A stretch of DNA of 64,000 nt from NCBI GenBank assembly GCA_900546755.1, contig UREC01000009.1:69-64068 (forward strand), given 5' to 3'. This stretch comes from an uncultured Collinsella sp. (GTDB taxonomy: Bacteria; Actinomycetota; Coriobacteriia; Coriobacteriales; Coriobacteriaceae). Below are positions 9,422-17,931 of this stretch, piece by piece (the first letter of the stretch is position 1; every line of letters starts with the position of its first letter). Below the pieces are notes generated by a model. That model ran no database searches. It saw nothing but the letters and a program-made list of their open reading frames with translations, and was not told the DNA's origin. The position numbers and the translations under genes are program-made.

Positions 9422-9478
9422 CCGTGTAGGAGCCGGTTATCGGAGCTCCGCCCGATTAGGGCTTAACGTATGCCTGGA

Positions 9479-10870
9479 TTACTCTTCCTCAACGTGATTG
9501 ATCACAGCACCCTTGGTGTGGATGAAGTTGGGGACGAAGGCAACGACCAGAAGGACAGCGAGAATCGCGTAGACACCGGTGGTACCGAAGGCCTCGGCAG
9601 CGCGGCCAAGCGTAATACCAATGACGGAGAAATCGAAGTCGCCGAACGTAGTGTTCTTGAAGCCAAAGACGTCAAGAACGGGCAGGAGCAGGGCCGGGGC
9701 AAAGGTGATGAGCAGGCCGTTGACGAAAGCGCCAAGAGCTGCGCCCTTGCGACCGCCGGTAGCATTGCCGTAGATGCCCGCGGTAGCACCGCAGAAGAAG
9801 TGGGGAACCATGCCCGGGATGATGAAGATGCCCAGGGTAGCGCCCACGATGAACATACCGACCACGCCACCGATAAAGGAAGCGACAAAGCCGAGGATGA
9901 CGGCGGTGGGAGCATAGGGGAAGAAGACGGCGCAGTCGACGGCGGGGATGGCACCGGGGATCAGCTTGTTGGAGATGCCCTGGAAAGCCGGGACCAGGTC
10001 GGCAAGGATCATACGAACGCCGTTATAGACGATGGTGACACCAACGGCGAAAGACAGAGCGCAGGTCAGGGCATAGACAATCACGTTGTCGCCACCAGCG
10101 GTCTTGGTAACGACCGCAGGATCTGCAATGTAAGCGGCGAAAGCGGTAACCAGGTAGAAGAAGGCCATGGTAAGAGCCGTGGAGATGGTAGTGTCGCGCA
10201 GGAAGGCGAACTTCTCGGGAACCTCGATCTTCTCGGTGCTGTTCTCCTCGGCGTCCTTAGCAAAAAGCGTACCGACTGCAGCGGAGATGTAATAGGCGAG
10301 TGAACCGAAGTGGCCCATGGCGATTTCATCGCCATCGGTAACCTTCTCGGTGAAACGCTGACCAACGGCGGGAAGCATAGCGCTCACGAGGCCCAGGAAC
10401 ATGCCGCCCACGATGACAAGCTGGACATCCTGGAAGCCAGATGCCTGCAGAACGGCAGACAGCAGGCAGGCCATAAACATGCTGTGATGGCCCGTCAGGA
10501 AGATGTACTTAAACTTGGTAAAGCGGGCAATGATAATGTTCACGACATAGCCGAGAATCAGGATCATCATGGTCTGAACGCCGAGGACGCTCTGAGCCAT
10601 CGAAACGACGACCTCGTTGTTGGGCACGACGCCGGTGATGTGGAAACCGGTCTCGATGAAGGTACCCAGCGGAGCAAGGTTCTCCTGAACAACAGCGGCG
10701 CCGGCAGACAGCATGATGTAACCAAGAATGGGCTTCAGGGTGCCCGTCATCACCTTGTGGGCAGGACGCTTAAGCGCGACAAGGCCCACAAAGGCAAATA
10801 GACCCATAATCCACGCTGGCTTGGTCAGAATCGATTGGATAAACTCAAGTATGGGAAGGATGGCTTGCAT
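9479..10870 (-). CDS. PTS ascorbate-family transporter subunit IIC (UlaA/SgaT-like)
   Basis: Polytopic membrane protein with the 'MQAILPILEFIQSILTKPAWIMGL' N-terminus typical of the UlaA family. Start at the ATG at 10868-10870. Confidence 0.9.
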   Translation of the reverse strand: MQAILPILEFIQSILTKPAWIMGLFAFVGLVALKRPAHKVMTGTLKPILGYIMLSAGAAVVQENLAPLGTFIETGFHITGVVPNNEVVVSMAQSVLGVQTMMILILGYVVNIIIARFTKFKYIFLTGHHSMFMACLLSAVLQASGFQDVQLVIVGGMFLGLVSAMLPAVGQRFTEKVTDGDEIAMGHFGSLAYYISAAVGTLFAKDAEENSTEKIEVPEKFAFLRDTTISTALTMAFFYLVTAFAAYIADPAVVTKTAGGDNVIVYALTCALSFAVGVTIVYNGVRMILADLVPAFQGISNKLIPGAIPAVDCAVFFPYAPTAVILGFVASFIGGVVGMFIVGATLGIFIIPGMVPHFFCGATAGIYGNATGGRKGAALGAFVNGLLITFAPALLLPVLDVFGFKNTTFGDFDFSVIGITLGRAAEAFGTTGVYAILAVLLVVAFVPNFIHTKGAVINHVEEE

Positions 10871-10941
10871 CTGCGCTTCCTTTCTCTCTAACGTGGGCGC
10901 GTTTCCCTCTTCCACAGGGAACCGCCCTTTTTTGTGCCGCT

Positions 10942-11217
10942 TTAGGCGTTAGCGGCGGCCGCCTTGATTGCCTCGAGGGCGTCTTCGCGGATCTTCTTCT
11001 TGTTCACATAGCTGCGAACGATCACAACGTTGCCGTGGAGCTCGGGGGCGAGTTCCTTAACGGTGATGAACAGATCCGGATTTGCGGAAGAAGCACCGTT
11101 CAGGTCCATAGACTCAACGTCGGCCTTGATGCCCTCCTCCTCGCAAAGCTCCTCGACTTTGCCAGCGAGCATCAGGCTGGACCCGATGCCGTTTCCGCAT
11201 ACGGTGATGATATGCAT
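10942..11217 (-). CDS. PTS sugar transporter subunit IIB (UlaB/SgaB-like)
   Basis: 'MHIITVCGNGIGSSLML' with the active-site Cys motif; 91 aa. Confidence 0.9.
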   Translation of the reverse strand: MHIITVCGNGIGSSLMLAGKVEELCEEEGIKADVESMDLNGASSANPDLFITVKELAPELHGNVVIVRSYVNKKKIREDALEAIKAAAANA

Positions 11218-11292
11218 GGCAACCTTCCTCTCCTACACGTGACGGTTTTCCGTCTATCCAAAAGCGGCGACGCATCGCCGTGCCATTAAGGC

Positions 11293-11739
11293 CTAAAAGA
11301 ATGAACGCATGGTCTCCAAAACCTGCTCGGGCGTATCGCATGCGCTGAGCTTGGCAACGCAGTCCTCGTCCTCGAACATCTGCGAAAGCTCCGCCAAGCA
11401 GCCAAGATGAGCCTTGGGGTCGGGTGCGCAAATACCCACGAGCACGTGAACCGGATCGAAATCCTCGTGTCCAAACGCAACGGCTGGGTCAAGCGTGACG
11501 ATACAGATTCCCGCTTCGCTCACATTGCCATCTGCCTGAGCGTGGGGCATGGCGATGCCCTCTTCCAAGACCATATAGGGGCCGAATTTGTGAACCGATG
11601 AAATCATGGCGTCAACATAGCTCTGATCGCATTTGCCAGCGTCTACGAGCAACTTACCGCATGCCCTGATCGCTTCCTCCCAGTCGGAGGCCTCGACGTG
11701 GCAGGCAACAAGCTCGGGCTTAAGAAGATCGGTCAGCAT
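11293..11739 (-). CDS. PTS sugar transporter subunit IIA (PTS_EIIA_2 type)
   Basis: 'GIAMPHA' phosphorylatable-His motif; 148 aa. It follows paralog 2 after a 9-nt gap. Confidence 0.9.
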   Translation of the reverse strand: MLTDLLKPELVACHVEASDWEEAIRACGKLLVDAGKCDQSYVDAMISSVHKFGPYMVLEEGIAMPHAQADGNVSEAGICIVTLDPAVAFGHEDFDPVHVLVGICAPDPKAHLGCLAELSQMFEDEDCVAKLSACDTPEQVLETMRSFF

Positions 11740-11748
11740 GCTCGTCCC

Positions 11749-12459
11749 CTACTCCTCGGGCAGGATATGAAAACCAAGCGCCTGAATGTCGCGGGCAAAA
11801 CCCTTGACCGTATCAAGCGAGTACTCAAGCAAATCTTTCCCGAAATTCTTGCGCTTGGCAAGAAGGGCATTGGGGACCGTAATGATCTGGCATCCAACGG
11901 ACTCCGCCTGGAAGATATTGAGGACCTCGCGCGTAGACGCCCAGAGAACCTCGGCAGCAGGCTTAACGGCAGCCTTCTTTACGGACTCCGCCATGAGGGG
12001 CAGCGGATCGACGCCGGTATCGGCAATGCGACCGGCGAAGATGGACAGAATAGAGGGGGTCTCAGCAGAGACGGCATCGACAAACTCGTCGACCTGTTCG
12101 GGCGTGAAGATCGTGGTGACATTCACCTTGATGCCGTCGGCAGAAAGGCGCTTGACCAGCGCGGCAGTGGACTCACCCTTGGTGTTGAGCGCCGGGATCT
12201 TAACGTAGACGTTGTCTGCCCAGGTTGCGATCTCGCGAGCCTCGGCTTCCATACCTGCCTCGTCGTCGGCGAATACCTCAAAAGAGACCGACACATCAGT
12301 AATGTGCTCAAGAACCGTCTTGGCAAAAGCGCGGTAGTCGGTCACGCCGCCGGCCTTCATAAGGGAAGGATTGGTCGTGAAGCCCTGAACGTTGCCATTG
12401 TCATGCATGTCAAGCATGCCCTCGAGGTCAGCGCCGTCGGCAAACACCTTGATCGCCAT
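11749..12459 (-). CDS. Transaldolase-family protein, paralog 2 (first gene of the PTS operon)
   Basis: Long runs identical to paralog 1: 'MAIKVFADGA', 'NVQGFTTNPSLMK', 'GGVTDYRAFAK', 'HITDVSVSFEVFADD', 'LSADGIKVNVTTIFTP'. Start at the ATG at 12457-12459. Confidence 0.85.
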   Translation of the reverse strand: MAIKVFADGADLEGMLDMHDNGNVQGFTTNPSLMKAGGVTDYRAFAKTVLEHITDVSVSFEVFADDEAGMEAEAREIATWADNVYVKIPALNTKGESTAALVKRLSADGIKVNVTTIFTPEQVDEFVDAVSAETPSILSIFAGRIADTGVDPLPLMAESVKKAAVKPAAEVLWASTREVLNIFQAESVGCQIITVPNALLAKRKNFGKDLLEYSLDTVKGFARDIQALGFHILPEE

Positions 12460-12577
12460 GTTCGGTCCTTTCTCATCTAACACTATTGCTATCGAAAGCC
12501 TTCTTCTTTGTTTCAAAAGCTTTTCGGTTTTCTTTTATAAACTATTTCAAAAGCTATCGAAAGCTCAATTGTCAACT

Positions 12578-12589
12578 TTCCGTGAACGG
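12578..12589. promoter_or_regulatory. Candidate operator motif TTCCGTGAACGG in the divergent PTS/deoR promoter region
   Basis: Same core as 9326-9339, with a second GCGTGAAC at 12601-12608. The intergenic region 12460-12807 is AT-rich. Confidence 0.3.
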
Positions 12590-12807
12590 TCGAATATCGG
12601 GCGTGAACGTACTTCTTTTGGGCGGCACCTTCAGAATGAGACTCTTTATAGCCCGTTTACGTGCGAACTATCTGCTACGCATGCATTTGTGACATGCCAT
12701 TCCGTTCTTTTGATTCATTCGAATTTGCCTTGTTCTTTTCATATCGATACGTTATATTTCGATTACGAAAGGCGCATCTTTTACCTTTTGTTCAAAAGGA
12801 GCGGCAT

Positions 12808-13599
12808 ATGGCATCTACTTCAGACCTTTCACCGGCCGAGCGTCAGCGATTTATCATGAATTGGCTGGCCGAAAAGCCAAATATCTCGGTATCCGACATC
12901 GTTCGCCGTTTTTCGGTTTCGGAAGTCACCGCACGGCACGACCTCATCTCGCTGGAATCCGAAGGCAAGCTGCGTCGCGTACGCGGCGGAGCGGTATCGC
13001 TTTCTCGCTCCAACGCAATCTCGTATCCCGAGGAGCGCATCAATGTCCAAGTCGAGGCCAAGGAGGCCATCGCCGCAACCGCAGCAACTCTTGTTGATGA
13101 TGGCGATGTTCTGGTAATTGATATCGGCACCACAGGCTTTTACTTCGCTAAGGCCCTCATGGACAAGCGTGAGATCACCATTATCACCGGCGATCTTGCA
13201 ATCGCGAACTACGCCAGCTTCAATCTCCCCAATGCTTCGGTAGTGCTGCTGGGCGGCTCCGTGCGCAAGGGGCACCTCTATCTCGCGGGCGCACTGACGC
13301 TCGACTGCATGAGCAAACTACATGCCGACAAGGCGTTTGTCAGTGCCGACGGATTCCACCCCGACCACGGCTTTACCGTCGAGCACGACTTCTCGGCCAT
13401 GATCAAGCATATGTACCTTACCAACTCAAACCAGGGCTACATGATGGTTGACCAGGGAAAGTTCAACAAAACCAGTTTTTATCAGTCCGCGCAGATCGAT
13501 GACCTCGACGGCATCATCGTTGATGGAGACGACGAGGGCATCATGACGGCGGCGATCGAGAGCAGTCGCAGTCATCCCAAGCTCTATATTGCAAAATAG
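12808..13599 (+). CDS. DeoR/GlpR-family transcriptional regulator
   Basis: 'ERQRFIMNWLAEKPNISVSDIVRRFSVSEVTARHDLISLESEGKLRRVRGGA' HTH plus a sugar-binding C-domain. Start set at the ATG at 12808 after AAGGAG. The upstream extension of the ORF track is AT-rich and non-protein-like. Confidence 0.9.
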   Translation: MASTSDLSPAERQRFIMNWLAEKPNISVSDIVRRFSVSEVTARHDLISLESEGKLRRVRGGAVSLSRSNAISYPEERINVQVEAKEAIAATAATLVDDGDVLVIDIGTTGFYFAKALMDKREITIITGDLAIANYASFNLPNASVVLLGGSVRKGHLYLAGALTLDCMSKLHADKAFVSADGFHPDHGFTVEHDFSAMIKHMYLTNSNQGYMMVDQGKFNKTSFYQSAQIDDLDGIIVDGDDEGIMTAAIESSRSHPKLYIAK

Positions 13600-13602
13600 C
13601 TC

Positions 13603-13643
13603 AAATGGCCGGGTCGCCCCCACTGCGGGCGACCCGGCCATTT
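13603..13643. terminator. Bidirectional hairpin terminator between convergent deoR and HAD genes
   Basis: aaatggccgggtcgccc-ccactgc-gggcgacccggccattt, a 17-bp stem with A/T runs on both sides. Confidence 0.8.
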
Positions 13644-13644
13644 A

Positions 13645-14472
13645 TTAAATCAACCCAAAATGCTGCATCGCTGTGACGGTACCGTCGTGTGCGACATCGT
13701 CGGTCACGTAGTCGGCGAGCGCCTTGACTTCGGGCATGGCGTTGCCCATGGCGACAGCTGTCTCGACCGCAGCGAGCATACCCAGGTCGTTGCCCGAATC
13801 GCCAAAGCCAAAGGTGCGCGCATTTCCCGCGCGACCCAGATACTCCAGCGCCCGCGCCACGCCCACGCCCTTGTCGATGCCCTTGGGGCTCAGCTCGCGA
13901 TTCTGACCACCGGTGTTGCACAGCTCAAACTCGCGCTCGATAAAGCCGTCATCGTTGGCTACGCGAGCCAGGTCGCACGCGTTAATGCACACCTTGCCTA
14001 CGCGCAAGCGGCCATCGACGCGCATCTGATCAACGCCATGCACCACGCCGGCGCCTAGCAGAAATGACTGTTCGACACCAACTGGCTCAAGTGAATAGGT
14101 GGCACTGTTCGTCTCGAACAACGCCTCGCCGCCCGCCACAGTAATGCGACGCGCGAGCTCCTCAACAATGTCCTCGTCAATGCAGTCCTCGTGTGCCACG
14201 CGGCCCTCGACCTCTAGCGTGGCCCCCGCCATGGCAACGATACCCGCCGGGTTCAGCGCGCGCAGGCCATCGGCAATCAGCCACAAGGGGCGACCCGTGC
14301 AGATAAATGCCTTGTGCCCCGCATCGCGCAAACGGTGAAATGCCTCGATAACCGCCCGCGAGGGACGCACCGCCGTAAAGTCCTTATCGGTCATATCGTC
14401 GGGATCGAACGACGTCAGCGTGCCGTCCACGTCAAAAAAGAGCACAGCGGGTTCGGGACACGCATCAATCAT
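13645..14472 (-). CDS. Cof-type HAD-IIB family hydrolase
   Basis: 'LFFDVDGTLT', 'CTGRP' and 'GFGDSGNDLGML' HAD motifs. Start at the ATG at 14470-14472 with an AAAGGA RBS. Confidence 0.85.
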   Translation of the reverse strand: MIDACPEPAVLFFDVDGTLTSFDPDDMTDKDFTAVRPSRAVIEAFHRLRDAGHKAFICTGRPLWLIADGLRALNPAGIVAMAGATLEVEGRVAHEDCIDEDIVEELARRITVAGGEALFETNSATYSLEPVGVEQSFLLGAGVVHGVDQMRVDGRLRVGKVCINACDLARVANDDGFIEREFELCNTGGQNRELSPKGIDKGVGVARALEYLGRAGNARTFGFGDSGNDLGMLAAVETAVAMGNAMPEVKALADYVTDDVAHDGTVTAMQHFGLI

Positions 14473-14547
14473 ATGGGTTCCTTTCGAGGATAAGGGCAAA
14501 CGAAGCATCCATCATATAATGGAGCGACGCAACCAGAGAGGTCACCC

Positions 14548-17118
14548 ATGGAATTTTACGCAAGCTGCCCCGAGGGCTTTGAGTCCGCACTCGCCGATGA
14601 GCTTAAACGCCTCGGACTTTCGCATGTTCGCCGGCTGAAGGGCCGCGCTACATTTGAGGGCGAGCTCGAAGAAGGTTACCGCGCCTGTCTGTGGTCGCGC
14701 CTGGCGAGCCGCGTGTTCGTGGTGCTCAGGCGCTTTGAGGCGCAGAATGCCGATGAACTGTACGATGCCGTTTACGACATTGCCTGGGAAAACATCGTCC
14801 GCTGCGGCGCCACCATTGCCATCACTGCCCGTGGTGTGACCGAGCAGCTGCGCAACACGCGCTTCTCTGCCCTGCGCGCCAAGGACGCATTGTGCGATCG
14901 CCTGGCCGAGACCACAGGCCGTCGCGCCGATGTCGATGCTGCCGACCCCGATGTCCACCTGCTGCTTTCGCTACGCCAGCGCCGTGCGAGCATAAGCCTG
15001 GACCTTTCGGGCGACCCGCTGTTCAAGCGCCTGCCGCCCGCCGCGACTCGCGCCGGCGAGGGCGCGCACGTGCTACGCCCCGACTACGCCGCCCTGGTGT
15101 TGGCGCAGGTCGGCTGGACCGCGCTGTGCGAGCGCGAGCTGACGGCCGACGACTACGAAAACGAGGCCCTACCTACGCTGATCGACGCCTCGTGCGCCGG
15201 CGGCGGCCTGCTGCTGGAGGCCGTGAACATCCTGACCGACCGCGCCCCGGGCGCCGCACGCGAGCGCTGGGGCTTTGAGGGCTGGCAGCTGCACGATGCC
15301 GCCCTATGGGAGCAGTTGCTTGCCGAGGCACGAGAGCGCGAGGCGGCAGCGCGCGAGCGCCAGGCACGCATCGTCGCCGTGGACATTGACCCTGCCGCCC
15401 GCAAGACCGCCGAGCGCATGGCCAAGTGCGCCGGTTACAAGCGCTTTGTCGATTTTTGCGCCGCCAAGCCCGCCACCGTGCTGGACCATGCGGGCGCTGT
15501 CGCCGGCGCCGCCCTCGTCGCGGATACGACCGAGACACCGCTGTCGCTTATGCATGACGCCATGACGCTGGTCGGCGAGCTGCGCCGCGCGCCCGAGCTT
15601 GCTTCGGCACCGGTCGCCGCGCTCACCCGCGACGGCCTGCTGGCCCGCGCGCTCCATGCCGAGCCCGCGCGCTCCATTGCCGTCATGCCCAACAACGAAG
15701 AGGCGACTATCGAGGTTTGGCCCTCGCTCGACCACGCCGCCGCAGCGTTTGAGGCTGCGACCAGCGCGGATGCCGAGGCCGAGGTTGCGGATGCCAACGA
15801 CGTCATCAGCGACGAAGCCGCCAGCACCCCCATGCCCGAACCTGCCGCCACGCTCGACCTGGGCGACGGCAAGCCGCTGCCCGTGCTCATCCCCGAATCC
15901 GAGCAGTTCGCCAACCGCCTGCGCAAGAACGCTCGCCTGCGCCGCAAGTGGGCCAAGCGCGAGGGCGTGAGCTGCTACCGCGTCTACGATGCCGACCTGC
16001 CCGACTACTCCGCCGCCATCGATCTGTACGAGGGTTGCCCGCAGACGCCGGGCCGCTGGCTCGTCATCGCCGAATACGCCGCGCCCAAGACCATCGACCC
16101 CGCACTGGCCCAGGCCCGCATGCTCGACATTCTGGCCATCGCGCCGCGCATCCTAGATGTTCCCGCCGAGCACGTGCACGCCAAGGCCCGCATGCGTTCG
16201 CGCGGCGGCTCGCAGTACGGTAAGCAGGGCGCCGGCAAGGGCGGCTCGGGCGAGCGCGCCAACATTGCGCGCCGTCGCCTACCGCTCATCGAGGAAGGCG
16301 GCCTCACCTTTGCCGTCAACTTTGACGACTACCTGGACGTGGGCATCTTCTTGGACCACCGCGTCACGCGCAATCTGGTGCGCGAGCACGCCAAGCAGGC
16401 GCGCCGCTTCCTCAACCTGTTTGCCTACACCGGCACTGCCACCTGCTATGCGGCAGACAGCGGCGTCGAGGAGACCGTGACGGTCGACCTCTCCAACACC
16501 TATCTGGACTGGGCCGAGCGCAACATGCGCCAGAACGGCTTTGTGGGGCCTCAGCATCATTTTGTGCGCGACGACGTGCTCGCCTGGATTCGCGACCAGC
16601 GCCAGACGCGCAACCGCTGGGACCTGATCTTTGTCGACCCGCCCACGTTCTCGAACTCGTCCAAGATGGGCCGTCGCACCTGGGATGTTCAGCGCGACCA
16701 TGTTGAGCTTTTGGCCGGCGTATCGCGCCTGCTCGCGCAGGGCGGCCATGCCATCTTTAGCTGCAACCTGCGCGGTTTCCGCCCCGAGACGCGCAAGCTC
16801 GCGCGCGCAGGCGTGGTGCTGGAGGACATTACGGAGCAGACCATCCCCGAGGATTTCGCGCGCAACCAGAAGGTGCACCACTGCTACATCGTGCGCCGCC
16901 TGCCCATCGAGGACGCCATGGCCGAGGTCGGCTTTAGCGCCGAGGAAATTGCTGAGCGCGTCGAGGAACTGCGCAACCCCGGAGCCCGCAAGCCTCGCGC
17001 AGCATCGCCCGCGCACGCGCAGGCCGGCGTCCGAGGACCGCACGGCGACGACAAGCCCGCCTGCTCAGGCAAGCCCAAAAAGAAGAAGTTCTACGCCAGC
17101 AAGCCCAAGGGCAAATAA
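14548..17118 (+). CDS. rlmL: Bifunctional 23S rRNA methyltransferase RlmKL (THUMP + two SAM-MTase domains)
   Basis: N-terminal THUMP-like 'FYASCPEGFESALADELKRLG', and a C-terminal MTase with 'FLNLFAYTG' and 'DLIFVDPPTFSNS'. It has an Ala/Glu-rich linker and a Lys-rich tail, 'KPKKKKFYASKPKGK'. Confidence 0.85.
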   Translation: MEFYASCPEGFESALADELKRLGLSHVRRLKGRATFEGELEEGYRACLWSRLASRVFVVLRRFEAQNADELYDAVYDIAWENIVRCGATIAITARGVTEQLRNTRFSALRAKDALCDRLAETTGRRADVDAADPDVHLLLSLRQRRASISLDLSGDPLFKRLPPAATRAGEGAHVLRPDYAALVLAQVGWTALCERELTADDYENEALPTLIDASCAGGGLLLEAVNILTDRAPGAARERWGFEGWQLHDAALWEQLLAEAREREAAARERQARIVAVDIDPAARKTAERMAKCAGYKRFVDFCAAKPATVLDHAGAVAGAALVADTTETPLSLMHDAMTLVGELRRAPELASAPVAALTRDGLLARALHAEPARSIAVMPNNEEATIEVWPSLDHAAAAFEAATSADAEAEVADANDVISDEAASTPMPEPAATLDLGDGKPLPVLIPESEQFANRLRKNARLRRKWAKREGVSCYRVYDADLPDYSAAIDLYEGCPQTPGRWLVIAEYAAPKTIDPALAQARMLDILAIAPRILDVPAEHVHAKARMRSRGGSQYGKQGAGKGGSGERANIARRRLPLIEEGGLTFAVNFDDYLDVGIFLDHRVTRNLVREHAKQARRFLNLFAYTGTATCYAADSGVEETVTVDLSNTYLDWAERNMRQNGFVGPQHHFVRDDVLAWIRDQRQTRNRWDLIFVDPPTFSNSSKMGRRTWDVQRDHVELLAGVSRLLAQGGHAIFSCNLRGFRPETRKLARAGVVLEDITEQTIPEDFARNQKVHHCYIVRRLPIEDAMAEVGFSAEEIAERVEELRNPGARKPRAASPAHAQAGVRGPHGDDKPACSGKPKKKKFYASKPKGK

Positions 17119-17122
17119 ACAA

Positions 17123-17189
17123 AGTTGCGGTGGAATAGTCCCTAAAAATGCCTGGTAAAGGCCCAAACAGGAACTATTTCACCGCAACT
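17123..17189. repeat. Long REP-like hairpin, family 'agttgcggtggaata...tatttcaccgcaact' (copy 1)
   Basis: The arm beginning at 17123 (agttgcggtggaatagtccc) pairs with the arm ending at 17189 (ggaactatttcaccgcaact). It lies between convergent rlmKL and kdpE. A second copy is at 40608-40676. Confidence 0.6.
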
Positions 17190-17213
17190 CATATTGGGAT
17201 GATGGTTGGCGAT

Positions 17214-17927
17214 CTAGCCTTGGATGACCAGGCGGTAGCCGATGCCCACGTGCGTTTGGATATAGTGCGGGTGCGCGGGATCGGACTCGATCTTTTTGCG
17301 CAGCGTACCCATAAAGACGCGCAGGCTCGCCAGGTCGCTCTTGGTCGCCGTGCCCCAGATCTCGTGCAGGATAAATTGGTGCGTCAGCACCTTGTCGGCG
17401 TTGTGTGCCAGCAGGCACAAGAGCTTGTACTCGATCGGCGTCAGATGCAGTTCCTCGCCATCCATCGTGGCGATGCCGGCATCAAAATCGATATGCAACT
17501 CGCCGGTATCGAACGAGCCCTCGGAGACAACACCGCCCGCCTGCGCATACGAAAGGCGCCTGAGCGTGGTGCGAATGCGCGCGAGCAGCTCCTCGACCGA
17601 AAACGGCTTAGTCAGGTAGTCATCGGCGCCGGCATCGAGCGCTCGGATCTTGTCCGCGTCCTCGCTGCGTGCCGAGACCACGATGATCGGCATGCCCGAC
17701 CACGCGCGCACCGACTCCACCACCTTGACGCCGTCCATATCGGGCAGGCCCAGATCGAGCAGCACAATGCTCGGCGCCTGCGACGAAGCGGCGGCGATGG
17801 CGGCGTGGGCGGTCTCCACAGCCATATGGCGCAAACCGTGCGCCTCGAGCGCGGCAACGATAAGGTTGCGGACGGCGGGATCGTCCTCAACGACCAAGAT
17901 AAGCGGTTTCACAGCAGAGTTCGGCAC
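17214..17927 (-). CDS. kdpE: OmpR-family response regulator KdpE
   Basis: 'LILVVEDDP', 'LLDLGLPDMDG', and a winged helix 'IQTHVGIGYRL'. GTG start at 17925-17927 preceded by AAGGAG, 5 nt after the kdpD stop. Confidence 0.9.
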   Translation of the reverse strand: MPNSAVKPLILVVEDDPAVRNLIVAALEAHGLRHMAVETAHAAIAAASSQAPSIVLLDLGLPDMDGVKVVESVRAWSGMPIIVVSARSEDADKIRALDAGADDYLTKPFSVEELLARIRTTLRRLSYAQAGGVVSEGSFDTGELHIDFDAGIATMDGEELHLTPIEYKLLCLLAHNADKVLTHQFILHEIWGTATKSDLASLRVFMGTLRKKIESDPAHPHYIQTHVGIGYRLVIQG

Positions 17928-17931
17928 AGTG

